DNA of 64,000 nucleotides from Deltaproteobacteria bacterium (lineage in GTDB: Bacteria > Myxococcota_A > UBA9160 > SMWR01): positions 16,996 through 80,995 of the forward strand of contig JAQBGU010000188.1 of assembly GCA_032128375.1 (NCBI GenBank), written 5' to 3'. Below the pieces are notes generated by a model that was not told the origin of the DNA, ran no database searches, and worked only from the letters and a program-made list of their open reading frames with translations. The position numbers were made by a program, and so were the translations under genes. Below, piece by piece: positions 45,402 to 55,180 of the stretch. Numbering within the stretch: position 1 is the stretch's first letter; each line of letters begins with the position of its first letter.

Positions 45402-48316
45402 AAGGCCGGAACGACAGTGATCGCGCCCAGCATGTTGATCACCATGAGTACGATCAGCAGCTGCGCCATCTCCGCCTGGAAACGCAGGCTCGAGAAGACC
45501 CACAGAACGATGCCGCCGATCACCGTGGTCGCGGTGAATGTGACAGCGGTCCCGGTGGTACTGACCGCGGTTCGGATCGCGTCGTCGACCGCCAGGCCAC
45601 GGGCGCATTCCTGACGGATCCGGTCCACGATGTAGATCGCATAGTCGACCCCAATTCCAACTCCGACAGCCTGAACCGGCAGCGTATTGATGTTGAGGCC
45701 GACTTCGCGAGCGGCCATATACGCGAGCGACACCAGCGTCGCGGTCGCAATCTGCAACAGGATGATTCCCCCGCTGACAGCGGATCGGTAGGTGATCGAG
45801 TGCAGTACGAAGATCACCGCAAAGATCAGCGAAATATTCGCAAGGTGACCGCGCTCGACTTCGTCGTTGATCGCCGACAGCATCCCGATGATTCCACCAG
45901 CCAGTACCCACTGGACGCCGCGTGTGAAGGACTGCGTGGGTTGATAGGTAGGAACCGCTCCGGGAGATCGCTGGTCGTGCACAATCAGCGAGTTGTCGCC
46001 CACGGCCACCGCGCGCAGACTCAATTCTTCGCTTTCCCACCACTGGTCGACATCGGCCGGTTCCCAATCCTGTAGCTGAGCGGGCCAGGTGAACACGCGA
46101 CCATTGATAGCGTCGCCCTGGGCGTCGTCGTACGCGTCGAGCGCTTCTTCGTGGAAGGATTCCAGCCACTCGGGCAGGCCGTCTTGTTCCGCGACCCGTA
46201 CAGCGACATCTTCGTACTCCCCTTCGTCGGTGCGCAGCTTGACATTCAGCGTGTGGCCCCGGGTCGGCAGCAATGGCCCGATCACGTAGTACAAGAAGTC
46301 CTTCAGACGTTCTGCATCCAGGAAAAAACGGCTGGGATCACCCCGCTTCTCGTCCAGCCGAATCGACACGACCCCCATCGGATGATCATCAATGAAGCGC
46401 TGCGCACTGCCGATCGCGCGACGAATCGTTTCGCCTGTGTGGTCCGGGTAGAACACGGTCAGTGACGCGGCTCGCCCGTCGTCGGTGATCAATGGGCGCA
46501 GCGTTCCCGGCGGACTTCCCTGCCGCGCCTGAAAAATAATGACACGGGTCAGCGTTCCCGGCGGAATCATCGCGAAGCGCGGATCGTTGTAGTTCAGGGT
46601 TCGACTAACGGTCTTGACGAGGTCGATCAGCGAAAACGACCGGGACGAACCCGATGTGATCCGAAGCTCTCGATCGAGTTCCTCCATTTGGTGCAGTACG
46701 GCCGGGTCTTCCACGACGTTATTGCGATCGCCATCCGCATAGATCACCAGCGTATCGGCGCCGCCAAAGTGCTCGCCGATACGCGCGACCGCGACGTTGA
46801 CCGGATGGTCGGGCCAGAACAGCGACGTCCCGGGGCGCGACTCTCCGATCACCGAATGGAACAATACGATGTAGGATGCGCCGATGAAGATCAGCAGCGT
46901 GCCGAACGCGATGACCCAGCGGCCCGTCGCGTGCGTAGCCGCGCTACCGAGCGCCCGCGTAAAGCGAAGTACGATCGATGGGGTGTAGTGGCGCGACTCA
47001 CGGGGCGCCGGAAGTAGACAAATCAACGCCGGATGCAGGAACTCCACCGTGAAAACGATCGACGCAACCCAGAACGCCCCGAAGATCCCGAGATTTCGCA
47101 TCTGGGGGATGGTCGTAACCAGAATGACCAACAGACCCGCGACGTCGGTGAGGATGCCCAGCGTCCCCGGTACGATCAGTTCTGCCATCGCGACACTGGC
47201 TGCGCGCCGCTTCGCCTCTTCGCGGTCGTCGTACTCCTCGCTGAGCCGCTCGTAGTCTTCAAAAAAGCGCTCGGCCATCTGCACCGTGTGCGAGACCGCG
47301 CGTGCGGTGATGATCATCGGGATCACCAGCACCAACGGATCGAAGGCGATATTCATCCAGCCCGTGAACCCTGTACCCCAGATCACGGTGATGCCCGCGG
47401 CGACGAGCGGAATAGAGACACCGTGCGCGCGCCGAAAATACGCCCACAAGAGCGCGAAGATGATGACGACCGAACCCCCGATCGACGCCAGCATTTCCCA
47501 TGCGTGATGGAGCACCCAGCCGGCGATGATCGGAACGCCTACGACGTAGATCTCGTGGTTCTCATCGCTCTCGGCTTCGACAATCCCCTGCACGTGGTCG
47601 AACACGGCGCGATAGATCTCAGTGTTGGATAGTCGATCTGTGACGAACTGCACCATGATCAGCGCCGCAGTCCCATCCGCCGTGACGAATTGCCCGTAGA
47701 CCTCGGGCGCTTTTTCGAGAACCCGACGCTCGAGTGCGTCGGCTTCTTGTTGCGTTTTTGGTAGCTCGGTTACAAGAGATTCAAAGGCTGCACCGCCGTC
47801 CGGATCCATCTTGACGACTGTCGTGGTGCGATGAACCAGCGATCGGGTCTGATCGTGATTGACCGGATAAGGCGGATAAATCCGGTCGAGGCGGGCTCTG
47901 ATCTCGTCGACGTCCTCGATCCCAGAGTCTTCGAGTGCGTCGCGCATTTCGTTTCGCTGTTCGCTATAGCTCTCGAAGCCAATGCCGTCGAGTGCACCGG
48001 TCAGCCGCTTGAGCTTCGCCAGGCTCTCGGGGTTGTAGATCGTCCCTTCCCTGACAACCATCGCCAACACGACCGGGGAAGCGTTGCCGAAGAACCCCTC
48101 GAACTTGTCCTGCGCGTGGATGAACTTGTGAACCGGGAACATATCGCGCGCGTTGCTGTCGATCCGAACACGCGGTCCGCCAAATGCATAGCCGAACACG
48201 GAGAACGCGGTGTTCGCCAGCGGGTAGAGAAAAAACAGCGTCACCAGCGCCAGCGCTACCGTGACTGCGTGGGCGTGGCGCACGACGAATTCGGCCAATC
48301 GCGTGGTACTTCTCAT
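45344..48316 (-). CDS. RND-superfamily exporter (MMPL/SSD-type, COG1033-like)
   Basis: 990 aa with two 6-TM bundles separated by large soluble loops. The N-terminus 'RLAEFVVRHAHAVTVALALVTLFFLYP' and the duplicated architecture are typical of MMPL/HpnN-like transporters. Confidence 0.85.
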   Translation of the reverse strand: MRSTTRLAEFVVRHAHAVTVALALVTLFFLYPLANTAFSVFGYAFGGPRVRIDSNARDMFPVHKFIHAQDKFEGFFGNASPVVLAMVVREGTIYNPESLAKLKRLTGALDGIGFESYSEQRNEMRDALEDSGIEDVDEIRARLDRIYPPYPVNHDQTRSLVHRTTTVVKMDPDGGAAFESLVTELPKTQQEADALERRVLEKAPEVYGQFVTADGTAALIMVQFVTDRLSNTEIYRAVFDHVQGIVEAESDENHEIYVVGVPIIAGWVLHHAWEMLASIGGSVVIIFALLWAYFRRAHGVSIPLVAAGITVIWGTGFTGWMNIAFDPLVLVIPMIITARAVSHTVQMAERFFEDYERLSEEYDDREEAKRRAASVAMAELIVPGTLGILTDVAGLLVILVTTIPQMRNLGIFGAFWVASIVFTVEFLHPALICLLPAPRESRHYTPSIVLRFTRALGSAATHATGRWVIAFGTLLIFIGASYIVLFHSVIGESRPGTSLFWPDHPVNVAVARIGEHFGGADTLVIYADGDRNNVVEDPAVLHQMEELDRELRITSGSSRSFSLIDLVKTVSRTLNYNDPRFAMIPPGTLTRVIIFQARQGSPPGTLRPLITDDGRAASLTVFYPDHTGETIRRAIGSAQRFIDDHPMGVVSIRLDEKRGDPSRFFLDAERLKDFLYYVIGPLLPTRGHTLNVKLRTDEGEYEDVAVRVAEQDGLPEWLESFHEEALDAYDDAQGDAINGRVFTWPAQLQDWEPADVDQWWESEELSLRAVAVGDNSLIVHDQRSPGAVPTYQPTQSFTRGVQWVLAGGIIGMLSAINDEVERGHLANISLIFAVIFVLHSITYRSAVSGGIILLQIATATLVSLAYMAAREVGLNINTLPVQAVGVGIGVDYAIYIVDRIRQECARGLAVDDAIRTAVSTTGTAVTFTATTVIGGIVLWVFSSLRFQAEMAQLLIVLMVINMLGAITVVPAFYSILKPGGIDRRRADEQR

Positions 48317-48557
48317 CGGGTCATCGGGTCATCGGGCGCGGCGCATCGGGGCGAGCGGACCTCGAGATTTGTGGGTCCGTAGACCTGGTTCAAGATTAAG
48401 GGGACCGAGACTTGTAGCGCAGCGTTCACGCGGAGGCGCGAATTCGTCGAACGCCGCTAGGCTCGCCCGGTTCGAGCGATTGATTCGAAATTTCCTGGCC
48501 GTCGCCTGCATCCCGGCCCGTGGCTCCACCACGAGGCTCGTAGCACCGGAGCGCACA

Positions 48558-49253
48558 ATGCTCACCCATCTGCTTTTCGACTTCTTCGGAACCCTGGTCG
48601 ACTATTGCGCGAGCCGAATCGAGCAGGGCTACGAACAGTCTCATCGGATTCTGACCGATGCGGGCTGCGATATCGGTTACAGCGAATTCCTGCAGCGCTG
48701 GGATCAGGTCGCGGGTGGCTTCGATGCCGACGCCGAGAAATCCCTGATCGAGTACTCGATGCACCAGGTGTGCGGCGCTTTTCTGGAACAGGTCCTCGGC
48801 GGTCGCACATCGACCGACGTACTCGAGCGCTTCATCGATCGTTACCTCGCCGACTGGAACACTGGCGTGGTCTACTTGCCCGGTCTTCCCGCGATGCTGG
48901 AACGACTCTCTGAGCACTACACGCTCGCGGTCATCACCAATACACATTCGGCGGAGCTCGTCCCCGAGCATTTGCGGCGGATGGGCATCGCGTCGAGATT
49001 CGAGGCGGTCATCACGTCGATCGAGCACGGACGTAGAAAGCCGCACGCAGACATCTTCGTCCACGCGCTATCGCAGGTCGGTGCCGTCGCACAAACCAGC
49101 GCGTACATCGGGGACTCGTTCAACGCCGACTACCGGGGGTCGAGGTCCGTGGGGATGGTCGCTTACCTGATCGATCCAGACCGCACGGCCCAAGTCCCCG
49201 AACAGGCACGGCTGTCAGACGTTCTCGAACTCGAGTTCATCCTTGCGCGTTAG
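48558..49253 (+). CDS. HAD-superfamily hydrolase (haloacid dehalogenase-like subfamily)
   Basis: Motif I 'LLFDFFGTLVD', 'VITNT' and 'YIGDSFNADYRGSRSVGM'. The ATG at 48558 is preferred, because the upstream part of the track ORF overlaps the RND gene start. Confidence 0.8.
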   Translation: MLTHLLFDFFGTLVDYCASRIEQGYEQSHRILTDAGCDIGYSEFLQRWDQVAGGFDADAEKSLIEYSMHQVCGAFLEQVLGGRTSTDVLERFIDRYLADWNTGVVYLPGLPAMLERLSEHYTLAVITNTHSAELVPEHLRRMGIASRFEAVITSIEHGRRKPHADIFVHALSQVGAVAQTSAYIGDSFNADYRGSRSVGMVAYLIDPDRTAQVPEQARLSDVLELEFILAR

Positions 49254-51076
49254 GCCTCGGGAGCAGCTTCGGGAGCTGCTTCGGGAGATCCGTCGGGTCG
49301 CCGCCGCGGCCGTCTTCTTCGCCGTCGGCCCCGTCGCTTGCGTGCCGGGCGATCGCCCAGCGCGTCGCCGCCCGCGTCTTGCGACACTTCCAACTTTCTG
49401 GCCGGCGCCTTCGCCACGCGGACGTTCTTCGCAGTGGCCTTTTTCTTGCGCCTGCCGGTTCGTTTGCCTCGACGCGACGAACTCGTCTTGCGTTTCGGAC
49501 GATCGGGCGCAGTGTGGGCCGCGAAGAAGCTCGCCGGACGTGCGGGGTTTCCGCGACAGATGTCGCACAGACCGCATGCCTCTTCCATGTCCTCGCCGAA
49601 GTAGTTACTCAGAAATTGGGCTCGACACTGATCGGTGCCAAAATACTGCCCCAGGGCGTCGAGTCGACGCCCATCTTGGGTGCGCAGCGTTTCGAATTGG
49701 CCCGCGAGAGCACGGGTGGCCTCTTCGAGGTCGATGCTGGGATCGGTGAAGCGGATCTCGTCGTTTTCGAAATAGATCAGACCCGCTTCTTCAATCTTCG
49801 CTACCAGCGCCATCGCCACACGGGGTCCCACTTCGGCCGACAACGCCAGCGCTTCGAGGCCGGGAACCTTTTCGTCTTGCGACCAGGCAGCCAACGCACT
49901 CCCCATCCGATAGAGCTGGTCCGGTCGCAGGCGGCTGCGCGAGAGCAACGCCTCGTGGATCCTTCGGTCGGCCGCATCCGGCAGTACGATGCAGTTCGCC
50001 TTGGCGCCGTCTCGCCCCCCACGGCCCGCTTCCTGGACATACTGCTCGAGCGACGCCGGGGACTGATAGTGGAGGATGTAACGGATGTCCGGCTTGTCGA
50101 TTCCCAGCCCGAATGCGTTGGTCGCGACCATCACCGTTCGGTGCCCGCCTCGCATGAATTGTTCCTGCTCGACGTTCCTTTCCGCTGCGGGCATTCCCGC
50201 GTGGTAGCGATGGGCCGGAATTCCAAAACGCCGAAGCCACGCATAAACCATGTCGACTTCGCGACGCGTTGCACAGTACACGATACCCGGTCGCCGCAGC
50301 CGTTTGACGAGCCGCAGCATCACCCGCGCGCGTACCCCCTCCTCACAAGGAAGTACTTCGAACGCGAGATTCGAACGATGGGGCGAACTCGCGACCACCT
50401 TCGGGTCTCGCATCCGCAGACTCTTGATGATTCCATCTCGGACCCGTTGGGTCGCGGTCGCGGTCAATGCCAACATCGGCGGCGATCCAAACGCCTCCAT
50501 TCGCGATCCGAGGCGCAGGTAGGCGGGTCGGAAGTCGTGGCCCCACTCCGACAGACAATGTGCCTCGTCGATAGCGACCAACGACACACGTGCCTGGCGC
50601 AGCGCCTCGCTGGTGTCGGTGGTCGCCAGTGTCTCGGGCGTCGTCATCACCAGCATCGGACCACCAGCCTTGATCTGCTCCAGAGCCTCCACGCGCTTCT
50701 TGCCGCGCACGGCCCCATCGAGTCGAACGACGGGCAGATTGCGCTCTAGAAGCTTGGCCTCCTGGTCTTTCAGAAGTGCTTTCAACGGGGAGATCATCAC
50801 GACGGGTTGTTGCAACAGCAGAGAGGGCACCTGATAACAGGCAGACTTCCCGAAACCCGTTGGCAGGACCATCAGCACGTCACGCCCCTCGAGGACGGCG
50901 TCGATGACCTGTGTCTGCTCGGGTCGCAACTGTCGGATCTCGAACTGACGGGCCGCCGCGTCGACAGGAGTGAGCGGCGCGGCCTCTGCCGGACTCACCG
51001 CCTTCGACCGACTTCGCCGTCGACGCGGGCGGCGTCGTTTGGGCTTGCTGGTGATGCTTCCCGTCTCTTGATCCAA
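49250..51076 (-). CDS. recQ: ATP-dependent DNA helicase, RecQ family, with Arg-rich N- and C-terminal tails
   Basis: 'LRPEQTQVIDAVLEGRDVLMVLPTGFGKSACYQVP', 'DEAHCLSEWGHDFRPAY', 'YHAGM' and 'ATNAFGLGIDKPDIRYILH'. The C-terminal Zn-finger Cys 'CGLCDIC' is also present. Confidence 0.92.
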   Translation of the reverse strand: MDQETGSITSKPKRRRPRRRRSRSKAVSPAEAAPLTPVDAAARQFEIRQLRPEQTQVIDAVLEGRDVLMVLPTGFGKSACYQVPSLLLQQPVVMISPLKALLKDQEAKLLERNLPVVRLDGAVRGKKRVEALEQIKAGGPMLVMTTPETLATTDTSEALRQARVSLVAIDEAHCLSEWGHDFRPAYLRLGSRMEAFGSPPMLALTATATQRVRDGIIKSLRMRDPKVVASSPHRSNLAFEVLPCEEGVRARVMLRLVKRLRRPGIVYCATRREVDMVYAWLRRFGIPAHRYHAGMPAAERNVEQEQFMRGGHRTVMVATNAFGLGIDKPDIRYILHYQSPASLEQYVQEAGRGGRDGAKANCIVLPDAADRRIHEALLSRSRLRPDQLYRMGSALAAWSQDEKVPGLEALALSAEVGPRVAMALVAKIEEAGLIYFENDEIRFTDPSIDLEEATRALAGQFETLRTQDGRRLDALGQYFGTDQCRAQFLSNYFGEDMEEACGLCDICRGNPARPASFFAAHTAPDRPKRKTSSSRRGKRTGRRKKKATAKNVRVAKAPARKLEVSQDAGGDALGDRPARKRRGRRRRRRPRRRPDGSPEAAPEAAPEA

Positions 51077-51350
51077 TCTTCTCTCCCGGCCCCGGCGCGT
51101 TTCCCGACCTTCCCGGAATGAACGTGCTGACTGGTTTGATCTCCGTTGCGAATTCAGACCTGTGAGGTCACCCGTGAACGCTCACTACAACGACTCACAA
51201 CAGCGACGCACAGCAGCGTGCACACGGCAGGTCGAAGTGGTCGCAATAGATCCACTTCTTCGACTTCGACGTCAGTCGAACTCACCACGATCGAACGTGA
51301 GCAAAGGCTCACGCCAAACGACAGCCAATCCGGACGGCGAACTCCCAGAC

Positions 51351-51439
51351 CTTCTCTACCTTCTCTACTTTTACTTTCGGTACTTCCTTTGCTTCCACGT
51401 CTCCAATGCTGCAGAGAAGATGGACGCGCAGAGAAGATG
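51351..51439. repeat. Paired direct/inverted repeat set: CTTCTCTAC x2 (51351-51368) facing GCAGAGAAGATG x2 (51411-51422, 51428-51439)
   Basis: Read directly. The two motifs are near reverse complements (8 of 9 positions). They lie in the AT-richer core of an 830-bp non-coding gap. Confidence 0.8.
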
Positions 51440-51907
51440 CAGAGAACGGCTGCGGTGAACGCCCCGTCCCTCGCCCTCATTCACGGGCACCAGAACGTGA
51501 GATCATCATAATGGATGATTGGCGAAGAATCGACCCGATTGCGCATTCCCTCTCATTCTAATTCCCGCAGACCAGGGGCGGGTCCGGGGAACGATCTGGG
51601 CTGAGAGCGCCGCAAGCCCCTATGTGTCATACAGCTCCCGCGGCTATCAAGCGTTCGGGGGCCGTCCGTGCCCGACGTCTACTCGGGCCTGGCGGCGCTC
51701 GCGAGTGATCCGAATAGACTGGTTGCCCAGGCCCCGATGAGCTTGTTGAGCCTGGCGCGAGAACATTGGGTCGAGCTGGCAGAGCGGCGCCGGGCGAGCG
51801 CGGCAATTGCCGTTGATGGCATCGGGAATGTGCAGCGACACAGCGGCCGCAGCACTGGAGACCTTCCTGGCTCCTCGGATCGAATCCGTAGAGGGAGGCC
51901 CCCGCAA

Positions 51908-54187
51908 CTAGAGCCTCCACCAAATCCGCAATCCCAGAAATCCCGCAAGACTCCCAAACACCAACATCGGCCCCCAGCCCCCGATCGGCGCCGGAAGGGC
52001 TCCCCCATAACCCAACGAGCTTGAAACACCGGTCAACAAGAAGTAGCCGATACCCACCAAGACACTCACCAGCAGCGTCTGTGCCGGGCCCGGAAACGGC
52101 GGGCCGGTGACCGCGAAGAACAGCACGACGGCAGGGAGCACGATACAAGCCAACGACTGCGAAAGCTTGACATGGAAATCGACGCGGAGCGGCCTCGTAT
52201 CGATGCCATCGGCATCCGTCGCAGCAATCAACTCATCGATCTCCGCGATGCTCAAATGCATGGTGTCGACTTCCGCAGGCAGCGCTTCGCCCAGATCCAC
52301 GAATCGCGGTGCGGGGACGCTGTAGACGCGATCTGACGAAATTTCGATTCGACTGGCTCCGCTGAGTTGCCACCAGCCGTGACCGACGTGCCGCGCAGAG
52401 TCTGCGTCGGTTCGGTTGATGGGAAGCCGGTCGGGGCCGAGCTCGTAGACTGACAGGTCTTCTGCCGTGCCGTTGTTCGGATCGAACCGGACCGCCTCCA
52501 GAACACGATCGCCCTGCCGGTACCACACCGAAGCCTTGCGACCCTCATCGATTTCACTGTAAACCGAACTCTTGATTTCGGTGCGCTTCAATTCGTCGGC
52601 GAGCGCGTTGGCCCTCGGTACCACCACGTTATTCAAGACAGCATCGGCAGGAACCACCAACCCCGCAATGAACAAGATCGGTATCAACGCACGCGGCGCG
52701 GGAATACCGCACGCGCGCATGCCGATCAACTCTCCGTCGGCGGCCAACATGCTCACGGTCAGCGCAGTCGCCACCAACAGCGCCATCGGTACGATCCGCG
52801 ACCCGAGCAGAACACTTCGCGCCGAATAGAAGTGAAGCACCTCCAGCCCGGTCGCTTGGTGGCGGCTGAACCACGTGAGCCGCTCCATGATGTCGATCAA
52901 CAAATAGCCGACCAGTAGGATCCCAAAAGACATCAGCGCCATCCGGGCGAACCGGGCCGCCACATAGCGCGGCAATGGGTAGCGACTCGGTCGCCGCTTT
53001 CGGGCGACAGCCTTCGCACCGCTCGCCAGAGCACCGGTTTGGGGTCGATCGAATGCGTGCCCCAGCACGCCCTTCCGCCGGGTTCGCAGGATCAAGGCGG
53101 CGGCGAGCAGACTCATAACAGCGTTGGGGAGCCACGCCGCCTCAACCACCCCGATTGTCCCGCTCTGTGCCAACCCCTGGCTGACTTGCGCCATGCCATA
53201 GTACGCGAGCGTGCAGAACATGCCCATCACGCCGCCGCTCGCACGAGAGAAATTGTTCCGCATCAAGAACAACGGAACGGCGAGTGCGCCAAATATCAAC
53301 GTCGCGAAGGGCAACGCAAAGCGGCGGTGCAGTTCCAACGCTGCGCTCGACAGTGGGTCAGTCGCGCTGGCAATGAACTCGTTGACGCGGCCGATGAGTT
53401 CCGGTAGTCGAAGCCCGCGGAGCTGCGCCTTCGCGTCGCGTAATAGCGAGTCGCTCTCGGGCAGGCGGGTCGTGAGCCGCTCGAAGCTGAACGACTGCGG
53501 GCCGCGCTCAGGGGACAGGACCACTGTGCCCGTTTCGAGCGCGATATCGATCGCACCCTCGCCACCGCTCAAAATGGCGCCCTTCTGGGCGAAAATCGTC
53601 TGCCCGATGTCGGGCATCCAAAGCAAGATGCCTTCCATCTCGTCGCCGCGGGCATTCACTTCGCGCGCTTCCAGACGCCACTCGCCGAAGCGGCTTACGG
53701 TCCCCCGTTGAACCTGCGCCCACGGCTTATCGCGAGAGATGCCCTCGTAGGCGGCATCCAACAGCCGGTTGGTCCACGGAGAAACCGCCACTGACAACGC
53801 CATCGAGACCACAGTCATCGCCGCCGCAAACGCGACGAACGGCCAAACCAGTCGGGCGGCGGAAACGCCGCAGGCTTCGAACGCGAGAATCTCGCGATCG
53901 GCGCCCATGCGTCCAATCGCCACGAGGCAGCCCAGCAACACCGAGAACGGAAACATCAGCGTGACGATCGGAGCCGTTTTGTACAGCGCGATCAGCGCCA
54001 CGACCCGGCCGGAGAGTCCGCGGTTGACCACGAGATCCGAAAAACCGAGCAAATCCTTCGTCAGCACGACCACGGTCAATCCGAGCAGCGAAAAAATCGA
54101 CGGACGCAGCGCCTCCTCGACAACGTGGCGATAGATTGTCAGGCCCGGCCGGCGGTGCACAGGGAATCTCAGCGTCGCGTCGCTCAT
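51908..54187 (-). CDS. Fused LptF-LptG-like LPS export permease (two YjgP/YjgQ modules in one polypeptide)
   Basis: The first half begins 'IYRHVVEEALRPSIFSLLGLTVVVLTKDLL' and the second half begins 'LPRYVAARFARMALMSFGILLVGYLLIDIMERL'. Each half continues with the family's 'REILAFEACGVS' / 'GELIGMRACGIP' block. 759 aa. Confidence 0.85.
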   Translation of the reverse strand: MSDATLRFPVHRRPGLTIYRHVVEEALRPSIFSLLGLTVVVLTKDLLGFSDLVVNRGLSGRVVALIALYKTAPIVTLMFPFSVLLGCLVAIGRMGADREILAFEACGVSAARLVWPFVAFAAAMTVVSMALSVAVSPWTNRLLDAAYEGISRDKPWAQVQRGTVSRFGEWRLEAREVNARGDEMEGILLWMPDIGQTIFAQKGAILSGGEGAIDIALETGTVVLSPERGPQSFSFERLTTRLPESDSLLRDAKAQLRGLRLPELIGRVNEFIASATDPLSSAALELHRRFALPFATLIFGALAVPLFLMRNNFSRASGGVMGMFCTLAYYGMAQVSQGLAQSGTIGVVEAAWLPNAVMSLLAAALILRTRRKGVLGHAFDRPQTGALASGAKAVARKRRPSRYPLPRYVAARFARMALMSFGILLVGYLLIDIMERLTWFSRHQATGLEVLHFYSARSVLLGSRIVPMALLVATALTVSMLAADGELIGMRACGIPAPRALIPILFIAGLVVPADAVLNNVVVPRANALADELKRTEIKSSVYSEIDEGRKASVWYRQGDRVLEAVRFDPNNGTAEDLSVYELGPDRLPINRTDADSARHVGHGWWQLSGASRIEISSDRVYSVPAPRFVDLGEALPAEVDTMHLSIAEIDELIAATDADGIDTRPLRVDFHVKLSQSLACIVLPAVVLFFAVTGPPFPGPAQTLLVSVLVGIGYFLLTGVSSSLGYGGALPAPIGGWGPMLVFGSLAGFLGLRIWWRL

Positions 54188-54362
54188 GTCGGCCGGCTCT
54201 GCGGCCTCACTGCGCCTCCCGCTGGCGCGGGCTCGCCTCGGAATTTCGGGTTTTGCCTCGCGCGGCGCTGGACTACAGTCCCGACTCCCCCCATCAATGA
54301 AATCCTAGGTCGCCAATGCGGCCAGAGGCAAACGGCCGGTAGACGCGGCCACCGGGAAAGAT

Positions 54363-55121
54363 ATGAGAGCGATCGTCCTCAGCGCCGGACAGGGCAAGAG
54401 ATTGTTACCGCTAACCGCGACGGAACCCAAATGTCTGTTGCCGGTCGACGGGGATTTGACCGTGTTGGATTTGCAACTCGAGGCGTTGGCTCGCTGCGGG
54501 TTCGAACTCGCGACAGTGGTAGTCGGATTCGGCGCCGAACACGTGGAGCGCTTCATTGGCGAGCGTGAGTTCGGCGCGATGCGTGTCGAAACCCTCTTCA
54601 ACCCCTTCTTTTCTGTCTCCGACAACCTCGCGACCTGTTGGATGGCGCGCGAGGCAATGCAGGGAGACTTCATACTGCTCAACGGGGACACGGTGTTCGA
54701 AGACGCTCTGCTCCAGCGGGTCATCGCAGCACCTCCAGCACCGATCGTCGTCACAATCGACCGCAAGGACGAATACGACGCCGACGATATGAAAGTGAAG
54801 CTCAACCCCGAAGGACGCCTGGGCTCGATCGGCAAGACACTTCCGCTGCACACCGTGGAAGGCGAGGCTATCGGGATGATCTTATTTCGCAGCAGCGGCG
54901 CGAACACGTACCGAGACGCGCTAGACCGTGCGATTCGCCAACCCGAGTCGATGCGCAATTGGTACCTCGCTGTTGTGGACGAAATAGCGAAGAAGATGCC
55001 GGTGGAGACGATTTGTATCGAAGGCTGCTGGTGGGCGGAAATCGACTGTCGAAAAGACCTCGACGCTGTTCGTGGACACTTCCTACTGGGAACTGCACGA
55101 AGAACTGGTCCGGAGAAGTAG
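54363..55121 (+). CDS. Sugar/alcohol-phosphate nucleotidyltransferase (NTP_transferase domain, LicC/cytidylyltransferase-like)
   Basis: 'MRAIVLSAGQGKRLLPLTATEPKCLLPV' signature and 'FILLNGDTVFE'. 252 aa. Confidence 0.8.
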   Translation: MRAIVLSAGQGKRLLPLTATEPKCLLPVDGDLTVLDLQLEALARCGFELATVVVGFGAEHVERFIGEREFGAMRVETLFNPFFSVSDNLATCWMAREAMQGDFILLNGDTVFEDALLQRVIAAPPAPIVVTIDRKDEYDADDMKVKLNPEGRLGSIGKTLPLHTVEGEAIGMILFRSSGANTYRDALDRAIRQPESMRNWYLAVVDEIAKKMPVETICIEGCWWAEIDCRKDLDAVRGHFLLGTARRTGPEK

Positions 55122-55180
55122 TTCCACAGGGAGTTCTGGCGATGGTCCAAAAGATCAGAGCCAGCTGACTCCCGGCCCGT

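Noticed and set aside
51570-51650. 'GGGGC...CTGAGAG...GCCCC' resembling the start of a TPP riboswitch
   Set aside because: The downstream conserved half of the THI element (ACCTGATCTGGATAATGCCAGCG-like) is absent, and no thiamine gene follows.
51876-51888. T-arm-like CGGATCGAATCCG suggesting a tRNA or tmRNA 3' end
   Set aside because: It is only a 4-bp palindromic hairpin with a 5-nt loop. No acceptor or D/anticodon arms are present and no CCA context. It sits just downstream of the LptFG stop.
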